Assembly: GCA_038884755.1 (NCBI GenBank) | Contig: JAWABJ010000001.1 | Coordinates: forward strand, 576,001-640,000 | Reading direction: 5' to 3' | DNA from: Candidatus Norongarragalinales archaeon | Lineage (GTDB): Archaea; Micrarchaeota; Micrarchaeia; Norongarragalinales; Norongarragalinaceae | Length of the DNA: 64,000 nucleotides | Part shown: positions 45,949 through 55,614 of the stretch, piece by piece | Layout of the letters: every line of letters begins with the position of its first letter | Position numbering within the stretch: the first letter of the stretch is position 1 | Program-made: the position numbers and the translations under genes | The notes under the pieces: model-generated | Databases searched by the model: none | What the model was told of the DNA's origin: nothing | What the model saw: only the letters and a program-made list of their open reading frames with translations

Positions 45949-46001
45949 TCAGACCGTCCGTCATTCATCATTCTGAGTCAGAAAGAATTCTAGGTCATCA
46001 T
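45949..46001 (-). ncRNA. Archaeal box C/D 2'-O-methylation guide sRNA
   Basis: Minus strand: ATGATGA (C) - cctagaattcttt - CTGA (D') - ctcaga - ATGATGA (C') - atgacggacggt - CTGA (D). Four perfect boxes with 13- and 12-nt guides in an ORF-free gap. Confidence 0.9.
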
Positions 46002-46025
46002 ACAAAGGAAAATGCTTTAGCGGGA

Positions 46026-46032
46026 TATTAAA
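46026..46032 (-). promoter_or_regulatory. Putative TATA box for the C/D sRNA
   Basis: TTTAATA on the minus strand, about 25 nt upstream of box C. Confidence 0.5.
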
Positions 46033-46111
46033 CGGTTGGGGCTGACGCTGGAACGTTGAAAAGAAAAAAGAAGAAAATAAAAAAAGAAAAAGAGAGCCTG
46101 AGGGTTTAAAC

Positions 46112-46558
46112 TCAGACTACCCTGACGAAACCGGTTTCGTTGTGCGCTAAGCCGGACAATTGAGAAATGTATCCGACGGTCACGGGAACCTGGTCTCCGA
46201 CTGCAAAGCTCGCTCCGCTAGTAACGCTGCAAGAGAATTTGCTGTTAGCAGCAACGCCGGTTGAAGGATTGCAAGTCGCTGCAACTCCGTCGATGGTAAC
46301 GCTGATGGAGTTCATGGTCGTTCCGGCCGCGTTTCCGAACACCACCTCGGCCGTAGTCGGGGCGGTGGTGGTGTAGTCAATCACGGTAAGCGTTGAAAAG
46401 CCTCCTGATTGCTTTCCTGCCGCGTACCTGTTCGGGTTGAATACGCCGAGATACCACAGTACTGCGGCGATGATTACAATCGCCAATACTGCCCAACCGT
46501 AAGTAACAAGATACTCGAGAGCAGCTTGTCCTTTCCTACTTTCTTTCATTACTTTCAT
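46112..46558 (-). CDS. Type IV pilin (class III signal peptide), likely major pilin
   Basis: RKG/QAALEYLVTYGWAVLAIVIIAAVLWYLGVFNP with Glu at +5; GAGGGG RBS. Confidence 0.88.
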   Translation of the reverse strand: MKVMKESRKGQAALEYLVTYGWAVLAIVIIAAVLWYLGVFNPNRYAAGKQSGGFSTLTVIDYTTTAPTTAEVVFGNAAGTTMNSISVTIDGVAATCNPSTGVAANSKFSCSVTSGASFAVGDQVPVTVGYISQLSGLAHNETGFVRVV

Positions 46559-46651
46559 CCAACAATCCCCTCTTTTCTTTTTTAAATAAAGGAATTGTAT
46601 GCATAACCGAACGGTATTTTTAAAGCTTATCGTAGGTCGGGATGGGGGGGT

Positions 46652-47683
46652 TTATTTTATGAAACCCGAAAACGCGCCTTCCAAGCCTATTGAGAAGAAG
46701 AAATACAGGCCTAAGGCTACGAGAACGAATATCGGCGCGTATTTCAGCCCGCGCACCGACTTGCCTTCGCGTATCAGTCCCAGGATGAGCGAGGCGAAAA
46801 ACGCCGATACTGCAATCGTTGTTATTGAGAAAAGCCGTATTTCGTTCGAGGTTATGCCGCCTTTCTTTTGTCCCGGGCTGCTTACGAAAGCGGAAAAAGG
46901 CCCTGCCTGCGGGGGGAGGGAAAAGTTCTGGCCTTCGCTGCCCTTCAGCTGCTTTTCAGCCAGCTTTTCGTTCAAGACCGCGTAGTAAGTGGAAACCGAA
47001 AACAGCAAGGGCGAAGCCACCACCGCAGCGAAAATGATGAAAATCGCGTATGTTGTCGTAGCAACGGCTATCTCCTTTTGGAGCAGCTGCGTGGAGCGTA
47101 TGTCGGAAGCCACTTGGTCGAGCAGGTGGGCCATTTCTCCTCCAAGAACGATGCCTTCGTTGATGAGTCGTATGGCACGCTCGACTAACTGCGAATTCAC
47201 GCGCTTCGACATTTCCTTGAGGGTTTCGTTGAGCGGCGCGCCTCCGAAAGACTTGGCGCTCATGCGCTGGATTTCGTCCTTGAAAGGACCGAATTCAGGG
47301 CGTGCCGAAGACCAGACGGCATTTTCCAAAGTCATTCCCGCGCGGATGTTGGCTGAAATCATTTGCAATGCAACAGGCAACACTTCCTCAATTTTTCTCG
47401 AGCGCGAGTCTACGCGCGAGTTGAGCCAGACGTAAAACAATGCCAGCGATAGCAGGAAAGCGACGGGCGCGGTTGTAATTTGTATCAACGCGTCGGGAAA
47501 GAAGGCGGGGGAAACGAAGAAAGCGAGGAGGGCTGCGCTTATGGAAGTGAACAGCGCGAAACCCAGGAAACTCCGCGCGTCAAGCTGCTCCAACCCGCCT
47601 TGCAGGAGAAGGTTGGAAGTCGCCTTGACCAAAGGACGCGGGAACAACGCCGAAAAGCGTCGGTATACTGAAAGCAAGATCAT
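46652..47683 (-). CDS. Type II secretion system F family (TadC-like) platform protein
   Basis: LP.ALQMISANIRAGMTLENAV..SARPEFG, GGEMA.LL; multi-TM. Confidence 0.88.
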   Translation of the reverse strand: MILLSVYRRFSALFPRPLVKATSNLLLQGGLEQLDARSFLGFALFTSISAALLAFFVSPAFFPDALIQITTAPVAFLLSLALFYVWLNSRVDSRSRKIEEVLPVALQMISANIRAGMTLENAVWSSARPEFGPFKDEIQRMSAKSFGGAPLNETLKEMSKRVNSQLVERAIRLINEGIVLGGEMAHLLDQVASDIRSTQLLQKEIAVATTTYAIFIIFAAVVASPLLFSVSTYYAVLNEKLAEKQLKGSEGQNFSLPPQAGPFSAFVSSPGQKKGGITSNEIRLFSITTIAVSAFFASLILGLIREGKSVRGLKYAPIFVLVALGLYFFFSIGLEGAFSGFIK

Positions 47684-47694
47684 GAATGCACCAC

Positions 47695-48564
47695 TTAAAT
47701 CAGCGGCCTCCGGCTCGAAACGAAGCTCATGAAGAAAACCTGGAATCCGACTACAAGCAGCAAAACAAGCGGCAGGATTATTGTTGGAATGTTGACGCTC
47801 AGGAAAGAGGAAATCACGATTATCATAGTTATGCCTAGACTGGGCAACACGACTGCGGCCATCATGTAAAACATGGTCCAAGGAGAAAGCTCCTGGCCGT
47901 AACGGTGAATTTCGTCGATTTTTTCCTTCGTCAATTCGCCAAGCAAAGACTCGAGCGAATCGCCAACATCGCTCCCGACTTTCAGCGCGTTTTGGATTTG
48001 CCAAAGCACTTTCCTGAATTGCGGCGAGGGCGTTTCCCGCGACGCTTCGCTCAAAGCATCGAGCTCGGAAACCCCGCTGTTGACTCTCGTGATTATTTTC
48101 CTGAATTGGACTGAAACTTCCCCGTATCCAGTCGAAACGCTAGTCATGGCGTTGAACAAAGGCACGCCCGAACGCAATTCTATCAGCAGCTGCCTTACCG
48201 CGGGAATGAGCTGGTTTTCCTGAAGGCGCCTTACGCGCATCATTATTATTTTCGGGTAGAAAATTACTGTGAAAAAACTGGCTGCGCCGACGAGGAGGAA
48301 AAACCCGATTGCGGGAAGCAGCAAGTCCAAGCCCGCGGCAAGCGAGATTGCCAAAACCGCAAGGATTACCGCAATCGCATTGGTCAAGCCAACGCTCAAG
48401 GCGACCGCGACGTAATCGCGCGGGATTTCTTCAATCTCGGCTTGGATCAGGTTTTCGTGAAGCTGGGGGAAAAAGCCGCTGAAAAAGCCGCCCACGTTCT
48501 TGAGCGAGTGCGCGAGCCCCAGCACCACGGGCCTGGGGAAGAACGAAAAAGGTATTTTCAGCAT
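47695..48564 (-). CDS. Type II secretion system F family (TadB/C-like) platform protein
   Basis: RQLLIELRSGVPLFNAM....GYGEVS, FRKVLWQI.NAL..GSD, YMMAAVVLPSLG. Confidence 0.88.
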   Translation of the reverse strand: MLKIPFSFFPRPVVLGLAHSLKNVGGFFSGFFPQLHENLIQAEIEEIPRDYVAVALSVGLTNAIAVILAVLAISLAAGLDLLLPAIGFFLLVGAASFFTVIFYPKIIMMRVRRLQENQLIPAVRQLLIELRSGVPLFNAMTSVSTGYGEVSVQFRKIITRVNSGVSELDALSEASRETPSPQFRKVLWQIQNALKVGSDVGDSLESLLGELTKEKIDEIHRYGQELSPWTMFYMMAAVVLPSLGITMIIVISSFLSVNIPTIILPLVLLLVVGFQVFFMSFVSSRRPLI

Positions 48565-48596
48565 CGCGTGTTTCCACTCGCTTTTTTTCAAAAACT

Positions 48597-50117
48597 TCAA
48601 AGGCAGTTCGAAAGGTCCGGAATCAGTTCGCACAACTCCTTGCGAGAAGCGTTCTTGTCCGACATGTTCAAGACTTTTTCCGGATCGCGGTAGTACCTTG
48701 CCACGACCCGGCCTACGGCGTTCACGCTCCTCACTCCCTGTTTAATCATGTACTTCAAGAGCGTCTGCTTGTTCCTCAAATCGGCTTGAATTTCCTTGGA
48801 GCTGAAGCCCGTGTGCAAGGAAAGCTCGCCGAAAAGCCTCGAGCTGTCTCCGACTTTCAACAGCTTGTCTTCGCGCGGGTCCCACGAGTAAAGCACGTTG
48901 ACGTTGGCCTTGTTTTCTTCAGGCACCACTTCGGCAACTTCGAAAGTCCTCCTTACGCCAGTCCTCCTCTGTCGGTATTGCACTACCACCAAATGCAAAG
49001 CACCCAAAACTTCTTCGGGAATGGAAATCGGCGGGTTGGTCAGGCGGTGTTTTGCCTGCGAAGCGTTGTCCGCGTGCAGGGTGGCGTAAACGCTGTGCCC
49101 AGTATGCATCGCCTCGAACAGTACTTCGGCTTCCCTCTGCCTTCGGATTTCCCCTACGACTATTCGGTCGGGACGCATACGCAGGGAGTTCACCATCAAA
49201 TCGAGCATGTCCACCCCTCCCTTTCCTTCTGGGTTGGGCAAGCGCGTGAGCAAGGGCGTCCAGTGCAAAAAGTCTGGCAGCACGAGCTCGCGCGTGTCTT
49301 CTATGCTTACAATCCGCTGGTTGGGCGGCGAAAAGACGAGAATCGAATTCAAGAAAGAAGTTTTTCCCGACGCGGTTCCGCCTGCGATGAGAGTGTTCAT
49401 TTCATACTGCACTGCAAGCCAAATCAGCGCGGCCACTTCTGCGTCGAGAGTGTTGTTCTGCACGAAATCCACGATTGTCCACGGCTCGCCGCGGAACTGG
49501 CGTATGGTCATGCCGTTTCCTTTCGAGGAAATGGGGAACAGGGTGGCGTTCACCCTGCTTCCGCTCAAGAGAGTGGCGTCCATCAGGGGAGTCAGGTTAG
49601 TGATTTGCCTTCCCACCCTTCGGCCGATTATCGAGGCGTAGTTGTGGATTTGCTCTTCGGTGGGAATGACGAGGTTGGTTTTCAGCCAGCCGAACTGCTT
49701 GTGGTAGACGAAAACCGGCTCTTTGGAAGAGTTTATGACTATTTCCTCGAGGTTGCCGTCGGAAAGCACGAGCTCAAGCTCGCCCAGCCCCACCATATCC
49801 TGTATCAAGCGTCCGACGAGAATGTCCTCTTCTTCATTGCTGAGGCCCTTCAACTCTTGCTTGACCAAAGCCCGCGCTGCTTCGGCCAGCCTCTTCTTGA
49901 CCGATTCGGCCTCGCGCGGGTCGATCACTTCGGAAATTTTGATGTTGACCGCTTCGATGATTTTCCTCTTGAGAAAGTCGAGAATGACTTTCGTCGACTG
50001 CTTGACGCGCGTGTGGCGCAGTTCGTAGGTGTTTATGAAATCGTTTTCGCTGTCCAACACCACCACTTGGGCGGGAACGCCTTCGCTTTCCACGGAGTAA
50101 GATGCAAGTTCCTTCAT
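48597..50117 (-). CDS. CpaF/TadA (VirB11 family) pilus assembly ATPase
   Basis: GSRVNAT, GGTASGKT, IEDTREL, LRMRPDRIVVGEIR, TGHSVYATLHA. Confidence 0.94.
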   Translation of the reverse strand: MKELASYSVESEGVPAQVVVLDSENDFINTYELRHTRVKQSTKVILDFLKRKIIEAVNIKISEVIDPREAESVKKRLAEAARALVKQELKGLSNEEEDILVGRLIQDMVGLGELELVLSDGNLEEIVINSSKEPVFVYHKQFGWLKTNLVIPTEEQIHNYASIIGRRVGRQITNLTPLMDATLLSGSRVNATLFPISSKGNGMTIRQFRGEPWTIVDFVQNNTLDAEVAALIWLAVQYEMNTLIAGGTASGKTSFLNSILVFSPPNQRIVSIEDTRELVLPDFLHWTPLLTRLPNPEGKGGVDMLDLMVNSLRMRPDRIVVGEIRRQREAEVLFEAMHTGHSVYATLHADNASQAKHRLTNPPISIPEEVLGALHLVVVQYRQRRTGVRRTFEVAEVVPEENKANVNVLYSWDPREDKLLKVGDSSRLFGELSLHTGFSSKEIQADLRNKQTLLKYMIKQGVRSVNAVGRVVARYYRDPEKVLNMSDKNASRKELCELIPDLSNCL

Positions 50118-50124
50118 TTTTCAA

Positions 50125-51045
50125 TCAACGCCTTTCCTTCTTTTTTGCGCGCCGGCTCCGTTGTTTTGCTGTTGCGCGTTTTTTTACGCCTTTGCGCTTG
50201 CGCGCGGGCTTTTCCCTCTTTCGGGGGGTGTTGCGCGGCTTGCTTTCAGGCGTGGTTTTTTTCTCGGAAACGCGGGATTTGGAAATGCTAAAGTTCGGCA
50301 GCTGGATTTTTCCAAGCGAAGGAAGCGCGTTTTTCTGCTCGCGTTTTGGCGTGCCCTCGGGTTGCGGCTGGGGCTTCTTTTCTTCAGCCTTCGGCTTGGC
50401 CTGCGAAGCCTGTTTTTTGTTCGAAGTAAGGTTTTGGAACCACGCTATCAAAAACGCGAGAAAGTGCGCGAGGAACGCGAGCGCGTTTTTCTTTTCCCCG
50501 GCAAAACTTGTTTTCTCCAGCTCCAAAAGCTTTTCCTGGAATTTTGAAATCTTCTGTTCGAAAGAAACTTCCCCTAATTCTATTTTCTTGACGTTCTCCT
50601 GGAAAGTCTTAAGGCGCTCTTGCAGGAACGACAATTCCTTCCTTATCGCTTCGATGTCGCTTTTCTTCAAGTCTTTCCTTGCGCTTGCTGCCGAAAGCGC
50701 CTTTTCGGCCTTGGAAAGCCGTTCGATAAAATCCTTCTCGATGAACTCGGCGACGTTCTCCACGCTTTTTATGTCTTCCAAAACCTCTTCCTCTTTCGCG
50801 GCCTTCGGCTGGGCGAACGGAATCATGGTTTTCTGCTGCTCGGTTTTTTTCGGCATGAGAATAGAGCCGCCGAGGGTGTATTGTATTTCTATCAAGTCGC
50901 TTTCTTCCAGGATCATGGCGAGCTTTTCAACCTGCTCTTCGGTCAGCGACAACGCAAGGGCAGCTTCCTTCACGGTAACCTTGTTTCCAGCCTTGACTAA
51001 ATCGTAAAGCTTGTCTATGACCGTTTCAATGTCTTCCTTTACCAA
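50125..51045 (-). CDS. Winged-helix plus coiled-coil protein with basic tail, upstream of the pilus ATPase
   Basis: IETVIDKLYDLV...VTVKEAA..L......VEKLA.ILEE.DLIEIQY wHTH-like pattern; K/R-rich C-terminus. Confidence 0.7.
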   Translation of the reverse strand: MVKEDIETVIDKLYDLVKAGNKVTVKEAALALSLTEEQVEKLAMILEESDLIEIQYTLGGSILMPKKTEQQKTMIPFAQPKAAKEEEVLEDIKSVENVAEFIEKDFIERLSKAEKALSAASARKDLKKSDIEAIRKELSFLQERLKTFQENVKKIELGEVSFEQKISKFQEKLLELEKTSFAGEKKNALAFLAHFLAFLIAWFQNLTSNKKQASQAKPKAEEKKPQPQPEGTPKREQKNALPSLGKIQLPNFSISKSRVSEKKTTPESKPRNTPRKREKPARKRKGVKKRATAKQRSRRAKKKERR

Positions 51046-51121
51046 AGCGCTCCACCAGTTCGCAATCCATAACGCCGTCTCGTTTTAAACTATTTTTGCT
51101 TAAGCTGCAAGCGACGCTTTC

Positions 51122-52069
51122 TTAGCACCCGGGGGTTTGCGCTGTAACGCCGTAAAACGCCGCGTGAGCACAATCGAGCTTTAGCCAAGCGTGGGACGAG
51201 CCGGTCACCCTGTTCCCCTGGTCGGAAAGCGTAGTGTTGAAGTACAAGTGGTCGGCGTGGCTTTGGTTGCGGATGGGAAGGTCTTGCGCTATGAATTCGT
51301 TTAGGTTTACGATAGTTTCTATCCCGAATTGCGAGGCGGACAGGTTTCCTTCAAGCCTGTTGAAAAAATCAGGGGAGTCGGGGTTGGGCACGTACGCTTC
51401 CGAAGTTATCGCATTGTCCAACGCCGCAATCCCGAAAACGTCCGAAGAGTTTGCGTAAAACAGCCTCGAAACAATGCCTTGCGAGTTCAAAGCGTAAAGC
51501 GGGTCTTCGAAACTCTCGATGGAAACAACCGCAACGGCGGAATAAACGCGGGTAAAGTTGAACGAATCGGGATTAGCCAGCGGCTTGACGAAAACCGAAA
51601 CGTTGGCGGAAAACAATACTGCATAAGGGCCGTAGTTGGAAACCGAAACGTCGTTTGGGGTTATGGAAATCGTCGAGTTCAGCCCGTAATAAAGCGATAG
51701 GTTTTGCATTGAAGACGTCCAGTGGGAAAGGTAGTTGAAGCCCATGGCAGGGTAGGATGGCGCGCTGCCGTCCGCAGAACCGTTCACTACCAGGTTTTTG
51801 AGCGAAGCGCGCGAGTCTGCCAAAGGCGCGCCTTCCGAAACCACGGTGCTTATCGCAGAGAGCACCGCGCTTTTTCCGCTGGCGCCCAACGCCCTGGAAA
51901 AATCGGAGTCTATGGAATTTATGAAATTCACCGCCTCGCGGGAAACCACTTTGGAAACGCCGGCGGAATAAGATTGAGAGGAGTTTATGGAATAGAAAAC
52001 CACGAGAGCGATGAGTGGAGTCAAGATTATCAAGACTGCTATTGAGTAGAAAAACGCCTTCAACGCCAC
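51122..52069 (-). CDS. Minor pilin-like protein
   Basis: LKA/FFYSIAVLIILTPLIALVVFY; later EDPLYAL, PDFFNRLEG and GIET.VN segments; many N-x-S/T sequons. Confidence 0.75.
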   Translation of the reverse strand: MALKAFFYSIAVLIILTPLIALVVFYSINSSQSYSAGVSKVVSREAVNFINSIDSDFSRALGASGKSAVLSAISTVVSEGAPLADSRASLKNLVVNGSADGSAPSYPAMGFNYLSHWTSSMQNLSLYYGLNSTISITPNDVSVSNYGPYAVLFSANVSVFVKPLANPDSFNFTRVYSAVAVVSIESFEDPLYALNSQGIVSRLFYANSSDVFGIAALDNAITSEAYVPNPDSPDFFNRLEGNLSASQFGIETIVNLNEFIAQDLPIRNQSHADHLYFNTTLSDQGNRVTGSSHAWLKLDCAHAAFYGVTAQTPGC

Positions 52070-55000
52070 ACCACCACTGAAAAGTCCGTAGAATTCAATG
52101 CTGGCAACCCGCTGTTTGAAATCAGCGTGGAAACCACGTCTTCCGCGAGGGCGACGTCTATGGGGTTGGTTTGCATTCCGGGAGCGCCGCCGCTCGTGTT
52201 CAAGTCCAGCTGCAGGAGCAGGCGCAAGAACGCGTCTTCAATCGCGTTGTTGCCGTTCTGGTTTAACTGGCTGGTGTTGATTGCGGTTTCGTTAGCCGTC
52301 CCCCCGATTTGCACGTTGACCGAACCGTCGGGAAGGTTGTCTCCGTCCAAATCGTAGTGCACAGTAACGTTCCTGGCGAAGCAGTACGGGAAGAACGCGC
52401 CGTACCCCACAGAACCGTTCACCCACCCGGAATAACGGACGGAGTTGTTGGTAGAGCAAAGGGCGCTTTCGTTATACGGGGAGAAGGCCGTGCGCACGTC
52501 GATGGTGTTGACCGCACCTTGTTGTATGAAAACGGGGTTTATTTGCACGGGAAACGGGTCTCCCACTCCGAAGTATGAAGTGGAGTTGTAAGCGCTGAGG
52601 TTGAAGACGTTGTTCAAACCAAGCAAAGCGTTTGTGGTGGAAACGTTGCTCGTCCACCTGTCGGCGGAGTAAGAAGCGATGCGGAAGTCATATATGGAAA
52701 AGTTAACGGGCGTGTTGACTGGGCCTTGGCAGGTGGAGAGGTTTGCCGAGCGGCTTATTGAAATCGACTGGTATGGCGGGTAGTACTGCGGGTCGAAAAC
52801 GAAGTCCAAGTACGAATCTGGGTAGAGGGAAGCTTGCACGCCTCCGACTATGGTGACTGTTTGCGAAGTGTTGGACTGTTGTACTATGGCTTGCGCGAGG
52901 GAAGTGTAGAATTGCGCGAGTTCGCTTGCGTTAGAGCTTGCAAAGAAAGTGCCGTTGCCGCACTTCGCTATTTCGCTCAGCGTGGTGTTACCCAAGGCGC
53001 ACGTGGAAACGGGCCCGAAGCCCACCGCGTAATTCGTGGAATTCAAGTACTGCCTCAGCCTGCACGAGCTCCAATTCGCGTTTTGAGCGGCGTAGTTTCT
53101 GGAAAAGGCGGTGCCGCAAGAATCAGCATCGTTGCAATCCGCGGCCCTTGAAAGCGTTCCGGTGTAACGCGCATCCCGTGCCAGCGCCCACGCGCCCTCC
53201 GAATAGGCGTAAATCAGGCCGTTTGAAGTCGCGATTTTCCCGAGCGAATCGTTGTAGAAGGAAATGCCGTTGATTTGAGTTGAGGTGGGCGAAGCGAAAC
53301 TCGCGAACGAAGTGCCGTCCCACCTGTAAATAGCGCCTCCGCTTCCTGCCACGTAAACAGCGCTGGAGTTTATTACCGACAGCGCGCGCCAAGTCTGGCT
53401 GCCGGTATCCTGGTATTCCGCCCAATTGGCGCCGTTCCACCTGTAAATCTTTCCGGAACTCCCGACTGCAAAAGCCCACGACGAGTTCACGTGTTTCACG
53501 TCGTAAAACTGGTAGTTGCTTACCGACGTCAAAGTCCAGCTCGTTCCTCCGTTCCACTTCAGCAGCTGTCCGGTGCTGCCGGAATACCCTGCAATCAAAA
53601 CGTTGCTCGAGGCATCCCACGCCGAAACGCTCCTGTAAGTCTGGCTTCCCTGGTCGGTGTTCTGCACCCAAGACCCGCCATTAAGCTGGTATATCTTTCC
53701 GGAAGTGCCTACGGCAAAGCCGAAAGTGGAATTCAAAAGCGATATTCCGTAGAAATCGTGGGAGCCCGTGTCTTGCGTTTCACTCCACCCCGTCCCGTTC
53801 CAGCCGAAGAATTTCCCACTCAAACCCGCGGCAACAGCAAACGAGGAATTCAAAGGCGCGATGGAAAAAACGTCGTTTGAACCGCCGTACGAGTAGTCGG
53901 TCCAATTGGAGGCGTTGAACGGGTCGTAGTGGACGAACCCGCCCCAATCCCCGGGAAAGTATTCCAAGCCGCTGCTCTCGGCGTCGTCCAAAGCGCACCA
54001 CCCGGCGCCCCGGTAGTTTGCAACCCCGTCGCTCATCACTATCACGTGTTTCGTGCGGTTGTTGCCCACCGGGCTTTGCTGTGCAATCAATTCGAAAGCC
54101 TTGTTTATCGCACAGGCGATGCACGTGCCCCCGCCGGCTGGATAGGAATTTATGGTGTTGTTCAAATACACGGTGTCGTTCGTGAATTCGGTGTAGTTGC
54201 TTATTCCAGCGCTGAAGGAAACGAGCGCAACGCGGTTGCCTACGCCCTCGAAAATCTTTTGCACGAAATTCTGGTCCACGCACTTCGCCACGCTGATGCG
54301 CTTGGTGGAATCGTCGTAAAGCAGCGGGTCGTTGCAATTCCTCGCAGTCCCGCTCACCCCGTCCTGGTCCATCCTCCAGTCCATGCTTCCCGAAACGTCT
54401 GTTATGAGCACGACGTCAGCGTTCCCCACTCGGCCGGTAAGGTTCGCTTTGGTTCCCAAACGCAACGGCACTGTTTTCAAGCTAATCTCGCGGTAGTCGG
54501 GAAACGCGCCGGAAAAGTTCGAGTTGGGTATGGAAACGATGCGCGATTCGTTCGTGCCGTTGTCCTCGTAAACCGTCTTGTTGCCTATAGTAAGAAAAGT
54601 AGTGTAATTGTTCAGCAGGTGAAGCGAGCCCGTGATTTGCGTGATGTTGCCCGGAATGTAGAACGACGAGTAGTAGTTTATTACGCCATCGACTCCGTTG
54701 AAGTAATAGCGCGTGAAACCGCTTTGGGTTGGCGCGAGGTCGGTGGTGTTGTAGGTTATTTTCACGAAACCGCCCCCGAAATACTTGAGGGAAAGGTTTT
54801 CGCCGGTAAAGTTGAACTCGAAAACGTTGTCCGCGCCTGCGACGGCGGCGTTCAGGCACGCGGTCCCGGTTGAGAAAGTCCATTCGTTCACGTCGTACAA
54901 CCCACTGGTTTTGTTGAGCGTGCCGCAGTTGACGCCGTTCAAGCTCAAGGAAAAGTTGGTTCCTGCATTCGCTTCTATCGAAACGCGCGACACGTTCGCG

Positions 55001-55614
55001 CCAGCCGGAACGCCACGCACTACCGCGGTTATGTTGCCTTCGCCTTCGAAACCGCCGAAGTACGTTATGGCAGCCTCTTCCTTTCCTCGGATTTTTTGGA
55101 CGAAAGCGCGCGCGACGCAACCCACCGCAAGGCTCCGGTTGGAGGAAATTCCGGAAACGAAATTCCGGCTTACCGTAGCCACCGAATAATCGCCAGAGGG
55201 CGTGCGGTTGGAAATGGATTGGTTAGAGGCGTAAACGGCGTAGTTGCTTCCAGCAGGGAAAAATCGGGAGAGGAAAAAGTCGGTTATGTTCTGGGCGCGG
55301 GAAAGGTTTTGCGCGTCTCCCGACGCCCACAAGTCGGCTACAAGCTGCATGAGCGTTTCGTTCAACGATTCCACGCCGACCACGCCCGAATCGAAAAGCA
55401 GCGCGACCGGCGCTTCCCGCCTTGCGTCTCTAACCTGGACGAAGGAAAGCACGCTCACGGAATCGCTGGCCTTCAAGTGCAAATTTTCTTGCACCGCCTG
55501 CGGGACTATGCTGACGGAAGAAAACAAGAGCACTACTGCCGAGACTGAGACCAGCAGCAGGAACGCGACGCCCGCGTCCAGCGTGAAAACTATGCCCTTC
55601 CTCCATTCAACCAT
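52060..55614 (-). CDS. Pilus-associated adhesin with vWA (MIDAS) domain and inserted beta-propeller
   Basis: RKG/IVFTLDA class III signal; DVSGSM, GGTC and MSDG MIDAS elements; about 6-7 repeats of ~39 aa (AVG.SGKIY.WNG..W). Confidence 0.85.
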   Translation of the reverse strand: MVEWRKGIVFTLDAGVAFLLLVSVSAVVLLFSSVSIVPQAVQENLHLKASDSVSVLSFVQVRDARREAPVALLFDSGVVGVESLNETLMQLVADLWASGDAQNLSRAQNITDFFLSRFFPAGSNYAVYASNQSISNRTPSGDYSVATVSRNFVSGISSNRSLAVGCVARAFVQKIRGKEEAAITYFGGFEGEGNITAVVRGVPAGANVSRVSIEANAGTNFSLSLNGVNCGTLNKTSGLYDVNEWTFSTGTACLNAAVAGADNVFEFNFTGENLSLKYFGGGFVKITYNTTDLAPTQSGFTRYYFNGVDGVINYYSSFYIPGNITQITGSLHLLNNYTTFLTIGNKTVYEDNGTNESRIVSIPNSNFSGAFPDYREISLKTVPLRLGTKANLTGRVGNADVVLITDVSGSMDWRMDQDGVSGTARNCNDPLLYDDSTKRISVAKCVDQNFVQKIFEGVGNRVALVSFSAGISNYTEFTNDTVYLNNTINSYPAGGGTCIACAINKAFELIAQQSPVGNNRTKHVIVMSDGVANYRGAGWCALDDAESSGLEYFPGDWGGFVHYDPFNASNWTDYSYGGSNDVFSIAPLNSSFAVAAGLSGKFFGWNGTGWSETQDTGSHDFYGISLLNSTFGFAVGTSGKIYQLNGGSWVQNTDQGSQTYRSVSAWDASSNVLIAGYSGSTGQLLKWNGGTSWTLTSVSNYQFYDVKHVNSSWAFAVGSSGKIYRWNGANWAEYQDTGSQTWRALSVINSSAVYVAGSGGAIYRWDGTSFASFASPTSTQINGISFYNDSLGKIATSNGLIYAYSEGAWALARDARYTGTLSRAADCNDADSCGTAFSRNYAAQNANWSSCRLRQYLNSTNYAVGFGPVSTCALGNTTLSEIAKCGNGTFFASSNASELAQFYTSLAQAIVQQSNTSQTVTIVGGVQASLYPDSYLDFVFDPQYYPPYQSISISRSANLSTCQGPVNTPVNFSIYDFRIASYSADRWTSNVSTTNALLGLNNVFNLSAYNSTSYFGVGDPFPVQINPVFIQQGAVNTIDVRTAFSPYNESALCSTNNSVRYSGWVNGSVGYGAFFPYCFARNVTVHYDLDGDNLPDGSVNVQIGGTANETAINTSQLNQNGNNAIEDAFLRLLLQLDLNTSGGAPGMQTNPIDVALAEDVVSTLISNSGLPALNSTDFSVVVWR

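Noticed and set aside
53185..53960. Periodic repeats considered as a CRISPR array or DGR variable region
   Set aside because: The repeats are degenerate protein-level propeller blades within an ORF; no identical DNA repeats, spacers or reverse transcriptase were seen.
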